Below, piece by piece: positions 48,739 through 57,265 of a stretch of 64,000 nt of DNA. A program made the position numbers and the translations under genes. Source of the DNA: a virus (taxonomy: Duplodnaviria > Caudoviricetes); IMG/VR virus record IMGVR_UViG_3300050343_000159. The stretch is one strand, 5' to 3'. Position 1 is the stretch's first letter, and every line of letters starts with the position of its first letter. The notes under the pieces were generated by a model. It was given only the letters and a program-made list of their open reading frames with translations, was not told the DNA's origin and made no database searches.

Positions 48739-48765
48739 TATAAATAAATATAGATTAAATAAATA
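48739..48765 (+). promoter_or_regulatory. Cluster of late promoters (TATAAATA plus further TAAATA cores) upstream of g22-g23
   Basis: The sequence TATAAATAAATATAGATTAAATAAATA contains four TAAATA cores. Confidence 0.75.
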
Positions 48766-48788
48766 AGGTTAATCGGAGTAAAGTTCAA

Positions 48789-49844
48789 ATGTCTCGTGGA
48801 GATCTACAAGAAATGGAGCAATCCAAAACTGCTGTGAATGCGAACGCCAAAGCCGGTGATCCCATTCAGAAACTGGCCCCTGGAGCTGTAGCTGGACAAC
48901 CAGCTGTAGAAGACCTCGGTGGACCTACCCCTGAAAACTATAAATCTGATGACGATTCAGCAAAGCTCAAAGAGCCTAAGATCGCCACCGTTAAAGATGT
49001 AGTTAATAAAGGAGCCAAGGCCGCTGATCCTATGAAGGGAATGAAAGAAGAGGAAGAAGTTTCCTCTGAAGAAGTTCTGGAAGAGGAGCCCGTCGCAACA
49101 GAAGCTACTGTCGAAGAAGAGATTGACATCGAAGAAGATGTTAACGCTCTCCTCGGTGGTGAAGATTTGTCTGAAGAGTTTAGAGAGAAGGCCAAGATGG
49201 TCTTCGAATCAGCTCTCAACTCTAAAGTTTCTGAAATCCATGAGGCACTAGAAGCCCAGTATGAAATCAAACTGGAAGAAGCTAGAGAGGGCCTGAAAGA
49301 AGCCCTTACCGATAGAGTTGATTCGTATCTTGAGTACGTCGCTGAAGAGTGGATGACCGAGAACGAATTGGCCATCGAACATGGTCTCAAGACCGAAATG
49401 ACCGAGTCCTTCCTTTCTGGAATGAAGGGACTCTTTGAAGAACATTATGTAACAATCCCTGAAGACAAATATGATGTACTTGAGAGTATGGTAGAAAAAC
49501 TTGATGATATGGAAACCAAGCTCAATGAGCAAATTGACAAGAACATTGGTCTGAATCAGCGTTTGTCTGAATCAGTATCTGACAATATTCTTGATCAAGT
49601 TTCTGAAGGACTTGCAGTCACTCAGAAAGAAAAGCTCGCCTCACTTGCTGAAAGTGTTGAGTTTGAAAGTGAAGAAGAATATCGTGAAAAGCTGGAGACC
49701 CTGAAGGAGTCATACTTCTCCAAGGCCCCAACTGCAAAATCGGAAGCCCCACAGACACTTTCTGAGGGTGTAGATACAACTGATGCTCCTGTAGCATCTA
49801 GTATGGAAGCCTATCTCAGAACTCTGAACGCTTTCAAAAAGTGA
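48789..49844 (+). CDS. g22: Prohead scaffolding protein gp22
   Basis: Acidic helical protein with LSEEFREKAKMVFESAL and DSYLEYVAEEWMTEN motifs; lies between g21 and g23. Confidence 0.93.
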   Translation: MSRGDLQEMEQSKTAVNANAKAGDPIQKLAPGAVAGQPAVEDLGGPTPENYKSDDDSAKLKEPKIATVKDVVNKGAKAADPMKGMKEEEEVSSEEVLEEEPVATEATVEEEIDIEEDVNALLGGEDLSEEFREKAKMVFESALNSKVSEIHEALEAQYEIKLEEAREGLKEALTDRVDSYLEYVAEEWMTENELAIEHGLKTEMTESFLSGMKGLFEEHYVTIPEDKYDVLESMVEKLDDMETKLNEQIDKNIGLNQRLSESVSDNILDQVSEGLAVTQKEKLASLAESVEFESEEEYREKLETLKESYFSKAPTAKSEAPQTLSEGVDTTDAPVASSMEAYLRTLNAFKK

Positions 49845-49891
49845 ATTTTAGATTAATTCAAACAAAACACAAAATCAAAAGGTAAAAGCAA

Positions 49892-51331
49892 ATGTTCCAA
49901 TCCGAGCATCTGCAGGAAAAGTGGAGTCCCCTCCTCGATTATGAGGGTCTCGATCCTATTAAGGATTCACATCGTAGAAGTGTGACCGCTGTCCTGCTTG
50001 AGAACCAAGAAAAGTTCCTCAAAGAAGAGCAAGCATTTAGTCAGGGTATCAACCTGATGGAATCACCCACCAACTCAGCTAACGCTGCTGGTGCTTCAGG
50101 TGGTTTCTCTGGATCCGCAACCGCAGCTGGTCCTGTTGCTGGTTTCGATCCCGTTCTGATCTCTTTGATCAGACGCGCAATGCCTAACCTGGTCGCTTAT
50201 GACCTGGCTGGCGTTCAACCTATGAATGGACCTACTGGACTCATCTTCGCGATGAGATCCCGTTATGAGAATCAGGCTGGAGCTGAGGCTCTATTCGACG
50301 AAGCTAACACTGTATTCTCTGGACAAAACAAGAACGGAGCCCTTAACGCTGGTTGGGAAGACCAGGCCGTTGGTCTGGGAACCGGAACACAGAGAGGAGA
50401 CAATCCTGGTGTTCTTAACCCCGTTGGTGCTGCTTCTACTAACGTAGCTGCCTACACCACTGGTCCTGGTATGGCTACAGGCGACGCTGAGAACCTTGAT
50501 GGTACCGGCAACGAAGCCTTCAACCAGATGGCTTTCTCGATCGAGAAAGTTACTGTTACCGCTAAGTCTAGAGCACTGAAGGCTGAGTACAGTCTGGAAC
50601 TGGCTCAAGACCTTAAGGCTATCCATGGTCTTAACGCTGAAGCCGAACTGGCTAACATCCTTTCTACTGAAATCTTGGCCGAGATTAACCGTGAGGTTAT
50701 CCGTACCATCTATATGACAGCAGAACAGGGTGCAGCTCAGAACGTTGCTACTCAGGGTGTATTTGACCTGGACATCGACTCCAATGGTCGTTGGTCTGTT
50801 GAGAAGTTCAAAGGACTTCTTTTCCAAATCGAGCGTGACGCTAACGCGATCGCACAAAGAACTCGTAGAGGGAAAGGCAACATGGTTCTGTGTTCCGCAG
50901 ACGTTGCTTCCGCACTTACGATGGCTGGTATCCTGGATTACACTCCAGCACTCAACGCTAACTTGAACGTTGATGACACCGGTAACACTTTCGCTGGTAC
51001 GATCAACGGTAAGTTCCGTGTATACATCGACCCCTATTCGGCCAACCTGACTTCGGGTAATGGTCCTAATGGTAACCAGTACTACGTTGTTGGATATAAG
51101 GGTTCTTCCCCTTATGACGCTGGACTATTCTATTGTCCTTACGTTCCCCTTCAAATGGTTCGTGCTGTTGGAGAGAACTCCTTCCAGCCTAAAATTGGCT
51201 TCAAGACCCGTTATGGTCTGGTTGCTAACCCATTCGCCGAAGGTTCGGCAGCTGATGGTCAGGGTCTTGGTAGACTCCGTGTTAACTCCAACCGTTACTA
51301 CAGACGTGTTGCTGTTAAGAACCTCATGTGA
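49892..51331 (+). CDS. g23: Major capsid protein gp23
   Basis: LIRRAMPNLVAYDLAGVQPMNGPTGLIFAMR, AKSRALKAEYS and FYCPYVPL...QPKIGFKTRYG motifs. Confidence 0.99.
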   Translation: MFQSEHLQEKWSPLLDYEGLDPIKDSHRRSVTAVLLENQEKFLKEEQAFSQGINLMESPTNSANAAGASGGFSGSATAAGPVAGFDPVLISLIRRAMPNLVAYDLAGVQPMNGPTGLIFAMRSRYENQAGAEALFDEANTVFSGQNKNGALNAGWEDQAVGLGTGTQRGDNPGVLNPVGAASTNVAAYTTGPGMATGDAENLDGTGNEAFNQMAFSIEKVTVTAKSRALKAEYSLELAQDLKAIHGLNAEAELANILSTEILAEINREVIRTIYMTAEQGAAQNVATQGVFDLDIDSNGRWSVEKFKGLLFQIERDANAIAQRTRRGKGNMVLCSADVASALTMAGILDYTPALNANLNVDDTGNTFAGTINGKFRVYIDPYSANLTSGNGPNGNQYYVVGYKGSSPYDAGLFYCPYVPLQMVRAVGENSFQPKIGFKTRYGLVANPFAEGSAADGQGLGRLRVNSNRYYRRVAVKNLM

Positions 51332-51332
51332 T

Positions 51333-51413
51333 ATGAGTGGATGTTGTGGGGCCGGGTGTCCCACTTGTCCTTACAGACCCCCCTCAAGGGGTCTTTTTTA
51401 TGCAGTTTTATAA
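51333..51413 (+). CDS. Candidate Cys-rich micro-ORF (26 aa, MSGCCGAGCPTCPYRPPSRGLFYAVL)
   Basis: ATG 1 nt after the g23 stop; four Cys in nine residues. Expression is unproven. Confidence 0.35.
   Translation: MSGCCGAGCPTCPYRPPSRGLFYAVL
51375..51399 (+). terminator. Intrinsic terminator after g23
   Basis: AGACCCC-CCTCAA-GGGGTCT perfect 7-bp stem followed by a T run. Confidence 0.85.
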
Positions 51414-51416
51414 ATA
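51409..51416 (+). promoter_or_regulatory. Late promoter TATAAATA
   Basis: Exact consensus just after the g23 terminator, 19 nt before the ATG at 51436. Confidence 0.75.
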
Positions 51417-51435
51417 GGTCACTTACATCACTACT

Positions 51436-51978
51436 ATGAAAAGTAACCAATTGGGAAAGAAGGTTGTAGTAGGTTTGATTCTATTTGTTGGAGTTGCAAA
51501 TGCTGGCGCATTGATTGGTCACACATTTAGACAACCAATACAACCATCACAAATTAACTATCCACCAGTTGGAGATTATTCATCATACACTGTAACTGTA
51601 AATCCTGATGGAAGTTACAGTGTAGATTATAAAGGACATGATCCTAAGGTATTGGATAATGAATCATATGTAGACACATCTAATGGTTTATTTGGTATTG
51701 GTGGTAGATCAACTACTACAAGAAATACTCAAGAAATAGCTGGAGGACAGAATAAGGTGGGAAAGAACGATGCGAGGTCCGAAGAGTGTATCAAGGCGGA
51801 AGGTGGAGGAGAGTCAAACGGTGCTCTGGTGGGAGCTAGTTTAGGTACAGCTGCTACACCATTCTTAGTTGGTATCCCTTATGTTGGATGGCTCGCATCA
51901 GGTTGGGCTGTTATGTTAGGTCAAGATGTGGGTTCATCAATTGGTGGTTCAGTAGCATCTTCAATCAAAGGTTGTTGA
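51436..51978 (+). CDS. Predicted membrane/secreted protein with C-terminal glycine-zipper-like hydrophobic hairpin
   Basis: N-terminal KK plus hydrophobic stretch (VVVGLILFVGVANAGALIG). C-terminal GALVGASLG...GWLASGWAVMLG...IGGSVAS. Confidence 0.7.
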   Translation: MKSNQLGKKVVVGLILFVGVANAGALIGHTFRQPIQPSQINYPPVGDYSSYTVTVNPDGSYSVDYKGHDPKVLDNESYVDTSNGLFGIGGRSTTTRNTQEIAGGQNKVGKNDARSEECIKAEGGGESNGALVGASLGTAATPFLVGIPYVGWLASGWAVMLGQDVGSSIGGSVASSIKGC

Positions 51979-51984
51979 TAAATA
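51977..51984 (+). promoter_or_regulatory. Late promoter GATAAATA
   Basis: Overlaps the TGA of the upstream ORF. Confidence 0.6.
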
Positions 51985-52023
51985 GTTAATAATAAACTTA
52001 TGATCCTATTCTAGAGGAGTAAT

Positions 52024-52227
52024 ATGGCATTTCACATCAAAAGAACATCAGCCGCTGATAGTTCAAAAACTGTTTATTACGTCAAAAAATCTAATGGTAG
52101 TGCTCACTGGTCTGATGACTATAGTGAGAGAAAAACCTGGGAAACAAACACAACACCCACCAATATGATGGTCAATAATGACGGTAAGAATGGTGGTTGG
52201 ACTGGTGCATCTATTGTGGAAGAATGA
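52024..52227 (+). CDS. Small hypothetical protein (67 aa)
   Basis: Strong SD (AGAGGAG) upstream. Its stop overlaps the g3 start (ATGA). Confidence 0.75.
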   Translation: MAFHIKRTSAADSSKTVYYVKKSNGSAHWSDDYSERKTWETNTTPTNMMVNNDGKNGGWTGASIVEE

Positions 52228-52805
52228 GCGAATCAAGAGTCCCAGATGCAAGCTTTTCTAGACAAATAGAAAATAGAAATTTTCTGGCACCAACAGGATT
52301 TCAGTTTTCTGTTGTCAGGGCACCTAAAGTATCCTTCTTTGGATATCAAGTCAACGTGCCTAGTTTAGATCTGGGTGTTGCGATACAACCGACTTATCTA
52401 AGTGATATTCCTCGTGCTGGTGAAAAGATTGACTTTGGTGATCTTACACTTACATTTTTGGTCGATGAAGATTTGACAAATTATCTTGAGATCCAAAATT
52501 GGATGAGAGGTCTTGGGTTTCCAGAATCTCTTAATGAAATCTATCAGTGGCAAAAAGATAAAGCCCCGTCACACTACCCTTCAGACTATAAAAGTGAAAA
52601 TGAGTTGAACTTGTATTCTGATGGAACACTGGCTATCTACAACTCAGCTGATAATCCAAACTTTAAAGTTAAATTTGAAAATATATTTCCATACTCTCTA
52701 TCATCACTTCAGTTTGATGCACAATCTACCGATGTTCAATACTTGACAGCAACGGTCAATTTCAAGTATACTGTATATAACATAGAAGGTGTAATCTGTT
52801 GTTAG
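52224..52805 (+). CDS. g3: Tail tube terminator / completion protein gp3
   Basis: NRNFLAPTGFQF, LTLTFLVDEDLTNYLEIQNWM and FENIFPYSLSSLQFD motifs; likely ATG at 52224. Confidence 0.85.
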   Translation: MSESRVPDASFSRQIENRNFLAPTGFQFSVVRAPKVSFFGYQVNVPSLDLGVAIQPTYLSDIPRAGEKIDFGDLTLTFLVDEDLTNYLEIQNWMRGLGFPESLNEIYQWQKDKAPSHYPSDYKSENELNLYSDGTLAIYNSADNPNFKVKFENIFPYSLSSLQFDAQSTDVQYLTATVNFKYTVYNIEGVICC

Positions 52806-52806
52806 T

Positions 52807-53241
52807 ATGATCGACCTTGAAACTCTTCAAGGAATGTGGAATGAAGACTCTAAGATTGATCCAGATAATTTACACACTGAGTCTCTTAATATACCTGTTC
52901 TACATTCCAAATATTATGACATATATAATACTCTGATGTTACTTCGAAAGAAGGCAGAACAACAGAGAAAAAACATTAGACACGAACGTTATGAGTACTT
53001 CTCTGGTAAAGCAGACCCAGAAGTTTACATTGATAACCCGTTTCCTAAGAAGATTAGAGATAAGGAAACTATGCAAAAGTATCTGGATGCAGATACAAAG
53101 CTCTCAGGAGTTTCGTTAAAGATTGAATACTATGAAGTAATGTTGAGGTTCATAGAAGAGATCCTCAAACAGATAACGAACAGAACATATCAGATCAAGA
53201 ACGCGATCGAATTCATGAGGTTTAGTTCAGGATTAGGCTAA
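52807..53241 (+). CDS. uvsY: Recombination mediator UvsY
   Basis: DSKID...ESLNIPVLHSKY and NRTYQIKNAIEF motifs; lies before uvsW. Confidence 0.9.
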   Translation: MIDLETLQGMWNEDSKIDPDNLHTESLNIPVLHSKYYDIYNTLMLLRKKAEQQRKNIRHERYEYFSGKADPEVYIDNPFPKKIRDKETMQKYLDADTKLSGVSLKIEYYEVMLRFIEEILKQITNRTYQIKNAIEFMRFSSGLG

Positions 53242-53423
53242 TGGACCCAGACGGTTACTATCACATAGAATTACCCATAGAAGGTATTCGTCTCATCCAC
53301 ACAGGATTATCTCAAGCAATTGAGAGGTGGCCTGGTGGAGATCCTCGCGAACAAGAAGGTCTCATTCAAATGAGAGACAACTTCTACAGAATTATTTTAG
53401 AACATAGGTTTGCAAACACCTGA
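53241..53423 (+). CDS. Small hypothetical protein (60 aa)
   Basis: TAATG overlap with uvsY; contains RWPGGDPREQ. Confidence 0.65.
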   Translation: MDPDGYYHIELPIEGIRLIHTGLSQAIERWPGGDPREQEGLIQMRDNFYRIILEHRFANT

Positions 53424-53429
53424 TAAATA
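53422..53429 (+). promoter_or_regulatory. Late promoter GATAAATA upstream of uvsW
   Basis: Overlaps the upstream TGA. Confidence 0.6.
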
Positions 53430-53451
53430 TGTATAGGTGAAACCTATATGA

Positions 53452-54943
53452 ATGGCTCATTTGATAATCGAGAAGGTAAATGAAGTTTACCTCAAGATTG
53501 ATACCGAACCACATGTTGAACATGAACTAAGAGACCGATTTACCTTTGAGGTAGAAGGTGCAAAGTTCATGCCTCAATATCGAAGACGACATTGGAACGG
53601 AGAGATTCACTTGTTCGATATGAGAACAAAGAGGATCTATGTTGGTCTGCTTGATAAGATTGTAACCTTCTGTGAGCAATCAAGTTATACCTATGAGTTC
53701 AAGGATAATAAGTTTTATGGTTTACCTTTTGAAGTCAATGAGATGATTTCAAAGGAAGGTGTCAAAGATTATATGGCATCTATCACCGGTCCTGACATCA
53801 AAGCCAGAGACTATCAGATTGATGCTGTATATGATGCCCTGAGATATAACAGAAAACTTCTCATCTCACCAACTGCATCTGGTAAGTCATTCATGATTTA
53901 CTCTGTAGTAAGATTCCATGTTGGTCTAAAGAGAAAGGTTCTACTTGTAGTCCCTACTACATCCCTTGTGGAACAGATGTATAAGGACTTTGAATCATAT
54001 GGTTGGGATGCTCAGAACCATTGTCATAGGATCTATGCCGGTCGTGAGAGAGTGAATACCAATGAGGTTACTATCACCACCTGGCAATCTGTCTATCAAT
54101 TAGATCGCTCCTTTTTTGAGGAGTATGATGTTGTGATTGGTGACGAGGCTCATCTCTTTAAGAGCAAGTCTCTTGTGGGTATTATGGATAAGTTACATCA
54201 TGCCAAGTATAGATATGGGTTCACAGGAACTTTAGATGGAACACAGACCCATAAATGGGTGTTAGAGGGATTGTTTGGACCATCATACAAAGTAACAGGA
54301 ACTAAAAAACTTATTGATGAAGGACATCTAGCAACTCTAGATATTCAGTGTATTGTTCTGAAGTATAAACCACAGAAGTTTGATGTGTTTGAGGATGAGA
54401 TTCAGTTCTTGATTGGTCATCCTACAAGGAACAAGTTTATTAGAAATCTAGCTCTAGACCTGAAGGGTAATACTCTCATTCTCTATGCAAGAGTAGAGGC
54501 TCATGGTGCTATTTTATATGAAGAGATAAATAAAAGAGTGAAAGAAGATAGGAAAGTCTTCTTTATTCATGGTGGTGTAGATGCTGAAGATAGAGAAGAA
54601 GTTAGGCGTATCACTGAAGAAGAGAGTGATGCCATCATTGTAGCTTCATATGGAACATTCAGTACTGGTATTAATATCAAAAACCTACATAATGTAATAT
54701 TTGCCTCTCCATCAAAAAGTAGGATTAGAAACCTACAATCTATTGGTAGAGTCCTCCGTAAAGGCAAAGATAAGGTGAAAGCAAAACTATACGATATTGC
54801 TGACGACACTACACTCAATAGTCGTAAGAACTATACACTGAACCATTTCAATATTAAGACTGAACCATTTCATTGAACGCGTTAAGATTTACAATCAAGA
54901 ACAATTTAACTATGAAATATCAACAATCGATATCAAGGAGTAA
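53452..54943 (+). CDS. uvsW: SF2 DNA/RNA helicase UvsW (C-terminus disrupted by a 22-nt duplication)
   Basis: SPTASGKS, DEAH and QSIGRVLR motifs. Removing 22 nt restores ...LNHFIERVKIYNQEQFNYEISTIDIKE with TAA at 54941-54943. Confidence 0.95.
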
Positions 54944-54946
54944 TCT

Positions 54947-55333
54947 ATGGAAGAAGAATTCTATGCATCAATTAAACTAAAACATTCAGGAGAAGAAATC
55001 TTTAGTAAGGTATGTGCAAATGAAGAGGATGATAGGACAATGTTGATTCTATCAAATCCAATTATAGTGGAAGAGATTAAGTTCAGAGGGAAACCTGCTG
55101 GATATAAAATGGAACCCTGGTTGAAAACAACCACTCAAGATATGTTCGTCATTAACTTATCTGATGTATTAACTATGTCGGAGTCTTGTGATGTGGAAAT
55201 GATTTGTTATTATGAAGATTATATTTCTAAGGTTGATAAACCTAATCAATCAGAGTTGAATAGAAAGATGGGTTACTTAGGAACCGTAGAGGAAACTAAG
55301 AAGAATTTAGAGAAACTCTTTAAAGCTAGCTAA
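54947..55333 (+). CDS. Conserved hypothetical protein between uvsW and g55
   Basis: SD AAGGAG upstream. ASIKLKHSGEEIFSKV...MEPWLK pattern and the usual cyanomyovirus position. Confidence 0.75.
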   Translation: MEEEFYASIKLKHSGEEIFSKVCANEEDDRTMLILSNPIIVEEIKFRGKPAGYKMEPWLKTTTQDMFVINLSDVLTMSESCDVEMICYYEDYISKVDKPNQSELNRKMGYLGTVEETKKNLEKLFKAS

Positions 55334-55381
55334 GCCCAACCTTTATGGTTAACAAACCTATTGTAGTGAAATCTCATGAGT

Positions 55382-55410
55382 TTGTTAAGTCCAGTATTTT
55401 CAGGTATAAT
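55382..55410 (+). promoter_or_regulatory. Host sigma70-type promoter for g55
   Basis: TTGTTA-N17-TATAAT. Confidence 0.6.
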
Positions 55411-55431
55411 ACTTGAAGATATTTCAATATT

Positions 55432-55935
55432 ATGACTACCGCCCATGCTTATGGAACAATGAGAAGAAAAGCAAAACCCGAACACTACGTTAATAACAAA
55501 GAGTTCCTAGAGGCACTTGAGAACTACTTCGCAGAGATCGAACGAGCTAAGCTGAATGATAAGCCAAAGCCTCAGATTCCTCGTTACATCGGTGAGTGTT
55601 TCTTGAAGATTGCTAATCATCTCTCCTATAAGCCCAACTTTGTGAACTACATGTTCAAGGATGATATGATCTGTGATGGTATTGAGAACTGTGTTCGATA
55701 TATCCACAACTTTAGTCCTGAGAAGTCAAAGAATCCTTTTGCTTATTTCACTCAGATTATCTACTTTGCTTTCCTCCGTCGTATCTCCATGGAGAAGAAG
55801 CAACTAGAGATTAAGAATAAGATTCTTGAGAAGTCAAACTTTGATGAAGTGTTTGATTCCAATGACCTTGACAGTGACAACTATTCAGACTATAATCAAA
55901 TCAAGGATGCTGTTCACTCTAAGCTAAGAAACTGA
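55432..55935 (+). CDS. g55: Late-transcription sigma factor gp55
   Basis: HYVNNKEFL, YIGECFLKIANHLSYKPNF and NPFAYFTQIIYFAF motifs. Confidence 0.95.
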   Translation: MTTAHAYGTMRRKAKPEHYVNNKEFLEALENYFAEIERAKLNDKPKPQIPRYIGECFLKIANHLSYKPNFVNYMFKDDMICDGIENCVRYIHNFSPEKSKNPFAYFTQIIYFAFLRRISMEKKQLEIKNKILEKSNFDEVFDSNDLDSDNYSDYNQIKDAVHSKLRN

Positions 55936-56993
55936 TGAGTAAGGTTGCTATCATTACGGATACTCATTTCGGAAACCAACCCTAAAAAGCCAGGAAAGGG
56001 TCTAAATTATTTCATGATTATTTTGAGAAGTTCTATAATGATATCTTCTTTCCTAATCTAGATGAACATGGAATTGATACCGTCATTCATATGGGTGATG
56101 CTTTCGATAGTCGAAAGGGTATTGATTTTAAAGCACTAGATTGGGCAAAACGAGTAGTATTCGAACCTCTCAAACAGAGAGGTATTACTATGCACCTTAT
56201 GGTTGGTAACCATGATGCATACTATAAGAATACTAATAGTATCAATGCTGTTGAACTCCTACTACAGGAGTATGATAATGTAATCACATACTCCAAAGCC
56301 CAAGAAGTTGAAATTGGTGGATTGGGTGTCCTGTTTATTCCTTGGATTAATGATGAAAATTCTGAAGATACTTTCAAGCTTATTAAAGATAGCAGTGTGC
56401 GATGCGCGATGGGGCATCTCGAACTCACGGGATTTAGAGCTCATCGTGGGTGCATCATGGAAAACGGTCTTGACAGCCAACTATTTGAGAACTACGAAGT
56501 GGTCTTCTCTGGACACTACCACACTCGATCATCCGATGGGAAGATCTTCTATCTGGGAAATCCCTACGAGATGTTCTGGAACGATGTCAACGACACAAGA
56601 GGATTCCACCTCTTCGACACAGAAACCCTAGAACATACTCCTATTGATAATCCTTATCAGTTGTTCCACAACTTATACTATGAGGATACGGATCATCAGA
56701 TGTTTGATGTGACATCTTATGAGAATAAGATTGTTAAAGTGATTGTGAAGAAGAAGACTGATAGTAAAAAATTTGAGAAGTATATTGACAAACTTTACTC
56801 TGTTGGTGTAGCAGATTTGAAGATTGTTGAGAACTTTCAACTCACTGAGTCTGAGGACTTTGAGGTTGAAGAATCAGAAGATACCCTTTCTATCCTTGAT
56901 AGATATATTGGAGAATCAGAAACAGACCTGAGCAAAGAACGTATTCAGAATGTTATGAGATCAATCTATCAGGAAGCATGTGAAACCGTCTAA
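55935..56993 (+). CDS. g47: Recombination endonuclease subunit gp47 (Mre11/SbcD-like), with a 15-nt in-frame insertion containing TAA
   Basis: TGATG overlap with g55. Phosphoesterase motifs DTHFG, GDAFD, VGNHD, GHLE and GHYH. The ATG at 55935 is in frame with ORF 56091..56993. Confidence 0.9.
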
Positions 56994-57265
56994 TGTTTAT
57001 TATTGCAGTTGAAGGTAAAGAAAAAGAAGGAGCATACTCAGTTATCGATGAGGATGGAGAACAGGTTCTTTATATCTTTGTTGATGGTGATGATGCCACC
57101 AGATACTGTATGCAACTTGAAGAACTGGACTATCCTAAGATGAAGGTTCTAGAGATAGATGATAAACTTATGGTCAAGACCTGTGAAATGCATGAACACA
57201 GGTATACCATCATTACACCTAATGATATTGTGATTCCCCCCGACAACGCAGATGATTATCTTTGA
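56993..57265 (+). CDS. Small protein resembling the cyanobacterial DUF3110 family
   Basis: EGAYSV...VLYIF..GDDATRY..QLEELDYP pattern, recognised from memory and not searched. Confidence 0.55.
   Translation: MFIIAVEGKEKEGAYSVIDEDGEQVLYIFVDGDDATRYCMQLEELDYPKMKVLEIDDKLMVKTCEMHEHRYTIITPNDIVIPPDNADDYL

Noticed and set aside
50291-50857. 188-aa minus-strand ORF and other antisense ORFs across the window (for example 23907..24365, 40555..40947, 48938..49390)
   Set aside because: They are shadows of strongly biased plus-strand genes, with no motifs, SD or promoter support.
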